Source: a virus (taxonomy: Duplodnaviria > Caudoviricetes). From it: a DNA stretch of 64,000 nt. The stretch is taken from positions 96,001-160,000 of the IMG/VR virus record IMGVR_UViG_3300027734_003164. One strand, 5' to 3'. The notes under the pieces are model-generated. The model did no database searches. It saw nothing but the letters and a program-made list of their open reading frames with translations, and had not been told where the DNA came from. Position 1 is the stretch's first letter. Each line of letters begins with the position of its first letter. A program made the translations under genes and the position numbers. Of this stretch, positions 1 to 7,344 are shown in pieces.

Positions 1-404
1 CTATGGGTCCAACAACCAACTTGACTTGTTAAACTATACACTTTACCATCGACGAATTTTGAAGGTAAATCTGCAACATAATAAACAAAAGTTCCTGAAT
101 TTTCACAGTCTTCAAATTGTTCCAAATAGAAACTATCATAATCAACCGAACAAGTTGTTTGTCCTGTAAAATCACCATAATAATCTATAACTGTTGCCGT
201 ATAATTACCAGGTAGTAAATTAGTAAGTAAAGAACCTTGTGCCCCGTTACTCCAATTTATAGTATATGGTGGTGTTCCTCCTGTTACATATAAGGTTATT
301 AGACCATTAGTTGAATCAGGTGTTGACGCATTAATACTATCACAATCTAAACCTAATGGTAGAAGTGTTATTATATTACAACTATTTCCACTTAATAACC
401 CCAT
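1..404 (-). CDS. SprB-repeat-containing fibre/adhesin protein, N-terminal part (runs off left edge)
   Basis: Not in the ORF track; translated by hand from ATG at 404: MGLLSGNSCNIITLLPLG...LYVTGGTPPYTINWSNGAQGSLLTNLLPGNYTATVIDYYG...; open to the window edge. GGTPPYxxxW...LxxGxYxxTVxD is the SprB-repeat pattern. Confidence 0.85.
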   Translation of the reverse strand, partial: MGLLSGNSCNIITLLPLGLDCDSINASTPDSTNGLITLYVTGGTPPYTINWSNGAQGSLLTNLLPGNYTATVIDYYGDFTGQTTCSVDYDSFYLEQFEDCENSGTFVYYVADLPSKFVDGKVYSLTSQVGCWTH

Positions 405-405
405 C

Positions 406-1983
406 TTACCAAGTTGCCCCGCTTAATCTTTTCCAACCACCAGACCCCCTAAAATAAAGGTATGTTGCGTCGTATGTTATTTGACCTACTTCACCAGTTG
501 GGTCTGTTGTTCCTGATGGTGTAAAACTTGTTTTAATTACAAATTTAGGAACATATGCCGTTTCAGACTGAGTTCCTGAAATTGAAATTCCTCCTAAAAT
601 AACTGAGTGGTCTGCGACTAATGTTGAATTTTCGCTACCAACTATTGCTGAATTAAAATATTTAACAGCGTTTCCTGTACCACCTAATATAGATGAATTA
701 TAACATGGGTCAGATGGTGTTACTCCTGATATTACGTTAAGTTCTCCACCTAATATTGTACAGTTTTCAGTAGTACCCGATTGGATAGTATTCAAAGCCC
801 CTCCCAAAATTACTCCTAATTCGCCGTATATTGTATGTTGTTGACCAAATCCAAAACTTCTGTCCCCATTTGAAATACAGTTCGCGCCACCAAGAAAACT
901 TTTATCTCCATATATTTCATTGCTATTACCCAAAGAAAAACTTGTGTTTGATTCTACTTTATTGCTGTCTCCGAATGATGCTGAACTAGTTCCATAAACT
1001 CTATTTGCATTTCCAAATGCAGAAGACGAGTTTCCAAAAACTTTATTACTTTTATTTGTTGTAAATGTGTTCCAACCAAAAGAATAGTTTCCTTGTCCTC
1101 CTGCAAATGAGTTGGTCCCAATTGCTCCAGATGCGAAACCTTTTACAGATGCACTTCTACCCCCTGCGGTTTGATTACCACCCCAAAGTTCAGGTGTATT
1201 TGTATCACCAACATATAGATTGTTAGTTGCTGAAAGTGTATTATCATAAAGGTATACAATAGTCCTACCTCCACTAAATGTTGTTCCTGAAACTTTTTTG
1301 AAATTATCTGTCAAAGAACCACCAAAAGGTGAATCATGAATCCAAATAAATTCATTATTAGTGTAATTTGCCGTTACGTTTCCATATACGCCACTTAAAT
1401 AAAGTACTCCCGATGTTAATCCTGTTGCTAAATATGCAGTATTTGTCCCTGTTCTTGTATTAGTTCCTTCGGAGTGTGAAGATTCACCAAAAGATTTTGT
1501 GTTAGTCCCTTCGGCATGTGATGTGGTTCCCGAAGCAATTGTATCTACACCTTCAGCATGACTGTAATTACTTAATGCTTGTACATTATTTCCAAAAGCA
1601 AAACTCAATGTATTTTGAGCGTCAGAACCTGTAGATTGAACTCTATTGTGTACTGTAATTTCGTTCGTACAAGCATAAATGTTATTTGTATAAAAACTTG
1701 TAATACAATTACCTGAACCACCTGTAAATGGTGTTGTTAGTCCTGATACAGTAAAGGTTCCTCCCGTTGTATTTCTAAAAGTTATAGTTCCTCCTGAAGA
1801 TACCGCAGTACCTCCCGTTACAAATACATCAGGTGAACCCCCGAATAAAGGAACCAATTGTCTTAAGGTTGCTTTATATGATGAGCCACTTGGACTTTGT
1901 GATGTGTCCCCTGTGATTACAATGTGTATAAGGTCATTAAGTGTTGCTCCTGTTGCTAATGTCCTTGATGTTAAAGTTGCCAT
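406..1983 (-). CDS. Tail fibre/adhesin with YadA-head-like (Hep_Hag) 14-residue repeats
   Basis: Repeats ALSNYSHAEGVDTI/ASGTTSHAEGTNTK/SFGESSHSEG and NxVFGNSSSAFG runs; C-terminal PTGEVGQITYDATYLYF...WKR cap typical of fibres. Confidence 0.75.
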   Translation of the reverse strand: MATLTSRTLATGATLNDLIHIVITGDTSQSPSGSSYKATLRQLVPLFGGSPDVFVTGGTAVSSGGTITFRNTTGGTFTVSGLTTPFTGGSGNCITSFYTNNIYACTNEITVHNRVQSTGSDAQNTLSFAFGNNVQALSNYSHAEGVDTIASGTTSHAEGTNTKSFGESSHSEGTNTRTGTNTAYLATGLTSGVLYLSGVYGNVTANYTNNEFIWIHDSPFGGSLTDNFKKVSGTTFSGGRTIVYLYDNTLSATNNLYVGDTNTPELWGGNQTAGGRSASVKGFASGAIGTNSFAGGQGNYSFGWNTFTTNKSNKVFGNSSSAFGNANRVYGTSSASFGDSNKVESNTSFSLGNSNEIYGDKSFLGGANCISNGDRSFGFGQQHTIYGELGVILGGALNTIQSGTTENCTILGGELNVISGVTPSDPCYNSSILGGTGNAVKYFNSAIVGSENSTLVADHSVILGGISISGTQSETAYVPKFVIKTSFTPSGTTDPTGEVGQITYDATYLYFRGSGGWKRLSGATW

Positions 1984-2007
1984 TTTTTATTTTATATATA
2001 TCAAAGT

Positions 2008-2298
2008 TTATTGAAAGTTATATGGTATTCCATCTTGAAATTCAAAACATATTAGGTCTTGAAACTGTTTATAGTTACATAAACTATCAGAACAGAACTC
2101 GCAACCATTGTTGCCTATTATTTTAACAACATAACTATCCATCGATTCAAAGGAAACAGGTAATGTAAATGAATATGGAACTGAAGAAATTGTTGCAATA
2201 TATTGACAAGTTCCGTATATCCCACATTCGTCACAAACCCAAATATCGTATGGACTTGTTCCTGAAGTTATTGTATTTAGTGTTACTATTGTTGCCAT
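2008..2298 (-). CDS. Small Cys-containing SprB-like protein (putative fibre adaptor A2)
   Basis: SGTSPYDIWVCD...C...KIIGNNGC; paralogous to 6844-7131 and 7135-7344. Confidence 0.7.
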   Translation of the reverse strand: MATIVTLNTITSGTSPYDIWVCDECGIYGTCQYIATISSVPYSFTLPVSFESMDSYVVKIIGNNGCEFCSDSLCNYKQFQDLICFEFQDGIPYNFQ

Positions 2299-2302
2299 AT
2301 TA

Positions 2303-3910
2303 TTAACATACTCCGTTTACTGTGCAAAACTCGGTGATTACACCACTGTTGTCGACACTATAAATTTTATTTCCGTATCTAATATAATCAATCGTTAATG
2401 GATATAATAACGATGAATTACTATATACTGTCACTCCTGTTTGTATTTGATTAACTGATGGATGGGTGTAGAATATTGTTTGTACTCCAAAATTAGTCAA
2501 CTGACATCCAGGACAATTTACTGAATACGCCCCACTACCAATCCATTCGTTAAATGTACCAACTAATGGTTCAACTTGTAGACACTCGGCACAATCAACA
2601 TAAGTTGTGGTGGTAGTCGCTGTAAATCTATTTTCATTTACCACAATATAACCTGAAGGTGGAACATAATTTATAAAGTATCCTACATAACTATAACAAT
2701 TTCCAGAATAATCTCTAATTACTTCTCCTGGGTCTAAATTAGTTGGTGGGGTTGCTGTTTGTGTAATCATCGATGTTGTCGTACAAGATGTAAACACAAA
2801 GTAAGTACCAGGTGCGTAAGTAGGTGTTGGGGTTGGTGTTGGTGTAGGTGTCGGAGTCGGTGTAGGTGTCGGAGTCGGTGTAGGTGTAGGTGTTGGGCAA
2901 ATCGTACAAGCGGTATATGCTGAAACCACTAACTTAACTGTTGCATTAGGACTTGCTGTTGTATCTTGTATATATGTTGCACATTTTAATTGGTCATTAA
3001 TAACCCCTAAGAATGTTTGTCCTGTTGATATTGGTGTGCCTGATAATTCCAAAGGACCTGAAACGTAATAAGAAACGTTTTCGTTACAATCTCTTAATTC
3101 CTTAACTCTAAAACATATAAAGTTTCCATCGTCTATTGTAAATGTTACAGTTTCACCAGTCAAATTGATTGTTGGTGTAGGAGTGGGTGTTGGGGTTGGG
3201 GTCGGTGTTGGTGTTGGTGTTGATGCACTAACACTAATGTTTACTGTAAAAGCACTACATATATTTGGAGTGGGTGTTGGTGTAGGAGTCGGGGTTGGTG
3301 TTGGTGTAGGAGTCGGGGTTGGTGTTGGTGTCGGCGCATCACAATCAACATCATATGAAAAATCAAAAGTATCACATACAGGAGTTGGTGTTGGTGTTGG
3401 GGGAACACAATCACCAGGATAAAATAAGTCGGTAAAAAGGTTTGGACAAACAGAAGTCGTTGGGTTTTGTCCGTAGAAGAAACAATTTGTACCAGGTGCT
3501 GTGCCTAAACACCATTTTGTAGCTCCTTTATAGATATACCCCGGTTGTGTTCCACCTGTGAAAAAGGGGAATCCGTTATATCCTCCCGCAACAACATATG
3601 TTCCAGTATATGCAGAATATTCATCTTTATTTATTACAACACAATATTTATTAGAACAACATTCTCCTGTTGCACAACTTGAGGCGGTACATCCTGTTTG
3701 TAGTCCATATGTTCCATTAGGCACATAACTTGTTGCAGTAAACCCTGACGTAAACGCAGATACAATCGAATAACACCCACTTACAACAGACGTATCATAA
3801 GTAATAAGATAAACAGAAGTGACGGCCGATGTTCCAGCAGTCCAATTAGTTTGGTTTGTAAAATATCGTAAACCGGGGTAACAACAACTCTGTAAAAGTA
3901 TATTTGCCAT
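2303..3910 (-). CDS. Cys-rich virion protein with Pro-Thr mucin-like tracts
   Basis: Cys-rich modules separated by (PT)11P, T(PT)8 and (PT)13 tracts; located in the fibre cluster. Confidence 0.8.
   Translation of the reverse strand: MANILLQSCCYPGLRYFTNQTNWTAGTSAVTSVYLITYDTSVVSGCYSIVSAFTSGFTATSYVPNGTYGLQTGCTASSCATGECCSNKYCVVINKDEYSAYTGTYVVAGGYNGFPFFTGGTQPGYIYKGATKWCLGTAPGTNCFFYGQNPTTSVCPNLFTDLFYPGDCVPPTPTPTPVCDTFDFSYDVDCDAPTPTPTPTPTPTPTPTPTPTPTPNICSAFTVNISVSASTPTPTPTPTPTPTPTPTINLTGETVTFTIDDGNFICFRVKELRDCNENVSYYVSGPLELSGTPISTGQTFLGVINDQLKCATYIQDTTASPNATVKLVVSAYTACTICPTPTPTPTPTPTPTPTPTPTPTPTPTYAPGTYFVFTSCTTTSMITQTATPPTNLDPGEVIRDYSGNCYSYVGYFINYVPPSGYIVVNENRFTATTTTTYVDCAECLQVEPLVGTFNEWIGSGAYSVNCPGCQLTNFGVQTIFYTHPSVNQIQTGVTVYSNSSLLYPLTIDYIRYGNKIYSVDNSGVITEFCTVNGVC
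2819..2896 (-). repeat. Coding repeat (Pro-Thr)13
   Basis: CCN ACN x13 read directly from the sequence, with an internal 18-nt duplication. Confidence 0.95.
3170..3334 (-). repeat. Coding repeats T(PT)8 (3170-3220) and (PT)11P (3266-3334)
   Basis: Read directly; the 24-nt unit ggtgtaggagtcggggttggtgtt is duplicated in the second tract. Confidence 0.95.
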
Positions 3911-3926
3911 TAAATTTTCTTTTTAT

Positions 3927-3933
3927 ATAAATA
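3927..3933 (-). promoter_or_regulatory. TATTTAT motif
   Basis: 16 nt upstream of ATG 3910. Confidence 0.55.
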
Positions 3934-3954
3934 ACCCAAAGTTTTTTTTTGCAT

Positions 3955-4752
3955 TTAAAACTCCAAATTTATTTCTTCAGGTTTATAACTGTAAAAATGT
4001 TTGTATGCATGAATAAATGCAACATTTTTTTGTTCTTCCATAGGTACTGACCATCCTGTTTTATCCCACCAATTTCCTATATTTTTGTCTTCGTATTGTG
4101 ACCAATCATCCCATGGCCCCCAAGTAAATCCAAAAAATTGAAATAAAAATGAAAGAGTTGCATCGCACCATTCCACAGGTCTTGAGTCTAATTTATATAT
4201 TTCGTCCCAAGGTACTTCATCTAATCTATTATATATTTCTATAAACTTTTCTCTATTAAAAATTGCACCGCCGCAAGCTCCGTAATTTTCCAAAGACCCT
4301 AATTCACTCCATACATGTCTTGAATTGTCTTTAACATTAAATTTATTTTTTAGATATTCATATAATTCTTTTGTGTAGTAAGGTCCATGTGCCCCTGATA
4401 TATCAAACTTTGGTGGTCTTGTTATTTCACATTTACACCAAACATCATCTTCATAATGAATAACCCAATCAACATCTTTAAGTGTTGTTTTACAAGCATC
4501 ATATATTCTTGTCAACCACCGATATAACCCATCTTTATCCACAAAAACTCTACCTGAATGTAGGTTATTAACTCCTTGTTGTTCAATCCAAGTGTAGTCA
4601 CAATTAAATTTTTTAGCCACAGGTTCTAATAACTCTGAACCATCTTCAAATAAAGAAATAGGCACGTTTGGATAAAATTTTCTAAGCCGTTCAATTGCTT
4701 TATAACACGCAACTAATTTATGACCTGATTGGTAAAAAACCCCTATATTCAT
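3955..4752 (-). CDS. GT-A-fold glycosyltransferase (GT2-like)
   Basis: N-terminal LRKFYPNVPISLFEDG, DxD-like HYEDDV, and GACGGAIFNREKF; ATGA overlap with the upstream GT gene. Confidence 0.65.
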   Translation of the reverse strand: MNIGVFYQSGHKLVACYKAIERLRKFYPNVPISLFEDGSELLEPVAKKFNCDYTWIEQQGVNNLHSGRVFVDKDGLYRWLTRIYDACKTTLKDVDWVIHYEDDVWCKCEITRPPKFDISGAHGPYYTKELYEYLKNKFNVKDNSRHVWSELGSLENYGACGGAIFNREKFIEIYNRLDEVPWDEIYKLDSRPVEWCDATLSFLFQFFGFTWGPWDDWSQYEDKNIGNWWDKTGWSVPMEEQKNVAFIHAYKHFYSYKPEEINLEF

Positions 4753-5990
4753 ATTTCACCTGTAATTTGTTTAACCCAACCATTTTGTCTATGGTGTATC
4801 CAAATTGACCAACTTTTTGTTGTTCTATCCACCAAGAATGTTCTTTTTATATTTACGTAATCACTTTTTACTTCATATAATTCTTTGATTTCATCACTAT
4901 TGGCATCTTGTCTATAAATTTCATTTCCTAAATCGTCCAAAAATGAAATTGCCCAAAAATCATAATCATCTTCAGGAGCCTCTAATCTTGGAACAATTAT
5001 ATTATATGTAAACATAAAACTTTCTGACTTATACCATTCAGAACTATCATTAACAGGTGGATTTTCACCTTTCAATGTCTTTGGATGTAATTTTCTATCT
5101 AAAAAATTAATACCCGCATACAATTCATAATCACGATGAGTTCTTACATTACCTAATCCATATTCCCCCAAGTCAATACCATGGTCTTCTTCTTGTAACA
5201 TGTGTCTAAGTCTTATTTTGGACTTAGTATCCATTTCCCACCATGGTTCTTCAACTACCCCACTTTGTTTGTTTTCCTCATTAAAATCCGTCCAATGTTT
5301 TGTTCTACCTTCTCTTGTGTATTCATGCCAAACAACTGTTTTATGTGGGTGAAATAAATCATAACCTAATGTGTATGACCTAATAGATAAACTGATTTCA
5401 TCACCAGCAAAGTAAATATTTGGGTCGTACTTATACTCTTCACAATGTTTTCCAATCGTAAAGAAAAAGTGACCGCTAACAAATCTTGCAGGAATTGGTT
5501 TATCTAACTCTTTCCAATTTGGGATTTCGTGAGGTCTAAAAAGTATTGTTCCTCCCGGTGTAAAATTAGATGCAACCATTTTGTATGGTTCAACATTTAA
5601 TAATTTATTAGTTTTTGGTTCATACATACCCGCATATGCGGTAATGATTGGTTTTTTTGAACCTGTCATTTTCATCATTTCAATTAACTCAACATCCCAA
5701 TTCTGTAAGAATCTATGGTGTGAATCTAATTGTAATGTGTATTCTTCTCCGTTCCATAATTTTTGAATTTCTGAACGAGCCCAACACAGTCCTTTACTTT
5801 TTGACCAATGATAATCTAATATTTTGAATCTTTCGTCATTTGCAAATTCTCCCATAGATTCATTTTCATCTCGTTGCCAACAAATACCAAAGGTTAAATT
5901 CTCAGGGTTTTTTGCCTTTGAAATGCAGTCTCTGATTGTCGGTAAAAGTTCGGGGTCTCTATAAGACGCAATTTGGACAAATATTTTCAT
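4749..5990 (-). CDS. GT60-like (Skp1/mucin-type) alpha-GlcNAc transferase
   Basis: KIFVQIASYRDPE start, KGLCWAR, LQLDSHHRF (DxH motif), FAGDEISLSIRSYTLGYDLFHP..VVWHEY; matches the GlcNAc-transferase pattern of Dictyostelium Gnt1 and trypanosome OGNT as recalled. Confidence 0.8.
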   Translation of the reverse strand: MKIFVQIASYRDPELLPTIRDCISKAKNPENLTFGICWQRDENESMGEFANDERFKILDYHWSKSKGLCWARSEIQKLWNGEEYTLQLDSHHRFLQNWDVELIEMMKMTGSKKPIITAYAGMYEPKTNKLLNVEPYKMVASNFTPGGTILFRPHEIPNWKELDKPIPARFVSGHFFFTIGKHCEEYKYDPNIYFAGDEISLSIRSYTLGYDLFHPHKTVVWHEYTREGRTKHWTDFNEENKQSGVVEEPWWEMDTKSKIRLRHMLQEEDHGIDLGEYGLGNVRTHRDYELYAGINFLDRKLHPKTLKGENPPVNDSSEWYKSESFMFTYNIIVPRLEAPEDDYDFWAISFLDDLGNEIYRQDANSDEIKELYEVKSDYVNIKRTFLVDRTTKSWSIWIHHRQNGWVKQITGEI

Positions 5991-6029
5991 ATTATCATTT
6001 TAAACAAAAATAATACCTCAAGACTAAAA

Positions 6030-6036
6030 ATAAATA
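6030..6036 (-). promoter_or_regulatory. TATTTAT motif
   Basis: 39 nt upstream of the GT60-like gene. Confidence 0.45.
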
Positions 6037-6037
6037 A

Positions 6038-6820
6038 TTAAACTTGTGTGATTGTAACAATCAAAGATGGAATGGCCGGTCTAGTGGGTGATGTAAAAGG
6101 TCCTGCGTCATATTGTAAACCTAATCGTGTGTCATCTACTCTAAATTTTAATTCTAAAAATTCATTGGCCGAAAGGTCCATTACAAAATTCCAAGCGGCC
6201 ACAGCTCTACCATTATTAGAATTTACTACAATTTGCGTATTTGAGTTAGTAACATTACTACCATTTTTAGCCAACCATATATCCATAGTTTGTGCTGAAC
6301 CACCACCTGTTGATTCTAATTGAGCAGAAAATTGTAAATTATAAACACCAGCACTTGCAACAACAAATTTTGTATTTGCCGATAATGTTACACCATTAGA
6401 ACCAGTATTGGTGTCTGCACTCATAGAAAACGCGCTAGTGGTGCTTGAAACATATTGGTCCGTTGTGGACAAAAAAGACCCCCATGCTCTACCACTACCA
6501 TTAACACCACTAGTTCCGTTAGTTCCGCTAGTCCCATTTGTACCACTTGTACCGTTAGTTCCGCTAGTTCCATTTGTACCACTTGTGCCGTTAGTTCCCG
6601 AGGACCCGCTAGTTCCATTTGTACCACTGGTTCCTCTAGTTCCTGACGACCCATTAGTACCATTTGTTCCTGAAGTTCCAGCAATTGATGCAGTTATAGC
6701 ACTAAATCGTACAGCTTCAGTTCTACCCGATGTTATTGGGTTGTAATTAACAATTACCAATAATGAATTAGAGTAACCTGTTGATGCTAAGGGTAAGGAT
6801 GATATTGGTAAATCTGGCAT
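6038..6820 (-). CDS. Collagen-like fibre with C1q/BclA-type C-terminal domain
   Basis: 21 Gly-X-Y triplets (mostly GTS/GTN) followed by a beta domain with AGVYNLQFSAQL...DIWLAKNG...LSANEFLEL. Confidence 0.7.
   Translation of the reverse strand: MPDLPISSLPLASTGYSNSLLVIVNYNPITSGRTEAVRFSAITASIAGTSGTNGTNGSSGTRGTSGTNGTSGSSGTNGTSGTNGTSGTNGTSGTNGTSGTNGTSGVNGSGRAWGSFLSTTDQYVSSTTSAFSMSADTNTGSNGVTLSANTKFVVASAGVYNLQFSAQLESTGGGSAQTMDIWLAKNGSNVTNSNTQIVVNSNNGRAVAAWNFVMDLSANEFLELKFRVDDTRLGLQYDAGPFTSPTRPAIPSLIVTITQV
6491..6679 (-). repeat. Collagen-like (G-T-S/N)n repeat, 21 triplets
   Basis: 189 nt; 18-nt units with a 36-nt higher-order duplication. Confidence 0.95.
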
Positions 6821-6832
6821 AGTCTTTTATAG

Positions 6833-6839
6833 ATAAATA
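6833..6839 (-). promoter_or_regulatory. TATTTAT motif
   Basis: 12 nt upstream of ATG 6820. Confidence 0.55.
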
Positions 6840-6843
6840 TTAT

Positions 6844-7131
6844 TTAAGTTATTTTGATTCTAAAACCATCTTCCTGTAATATATAAAAACCAGTTTCTTG
6901 TAATAAATAACTTCCACAATCCACTTCTATTTCCATGATACAACCGTTCGCATCAATAATTTTTATATATATAACATCTTCATTTGGAAAAAAAGATTCT
7001 GAATTAATAACTACATTTGGTGGTATTGAAGTAACTCCTGACACATAAAAACAATAGGTATTTGATGGGTCACAAATGAAAACATCATAAGGACTTAATC
7101 CGCTAGTTACTCCTGTTATTTGTATATTCAT
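6844..7131 (-). CDS. Small Cys-containing SprB-like protein (putative fibre adaptor A1)
   Basis: TSGLSPYDVFICD...C...KIIDANGC; C-terminal LLQETGFYILQEDG. Confidence 0.7.
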   Translation of the reverse strand: MNIQITGVTSGLSPYDVFICDPSNTYCFYVSGVTSIPPNVVINSESFFPNEDVIYIKIIDANGCIMEIEVDCGSYLLQETGFYILQEDGFRIKIT

Positions 7132-7134
7132 ATA

Positions 7135-7344
7135 TTAACAATTTATTTCATAAAAAGTTTCACAACCATTACCATTAATCGCTTTTATTATTAAGGTATT
7201 TGCTGCAGAATAAAATGCAGATAAAACATAAACGGTAAGTGTTGTACCAAGTAATGAACAATTATTTCCGTTTTCATCACAAACGTAATAACTAACGGGT
7301 GGTGTTCCTCCTGTCAATCCTGTTATGTCAACTGAGTACGGCAT
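7135..7344 (-). CDS. Small Cys-containing SprB-like protein (A3)
   Basis: TGGTPPVSYYVCD...C...KAINGNGC; paralog of A1 and A2 lacking the C-terminal QxG tail. Confidence 0.7.
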   Translation of the reverse strand: MPYSVDITGLTGGTPPVSYYVCDENGNNCSLLGTTLTVYVLSAFYSAANTLIIKAINGNGCETFYEINC

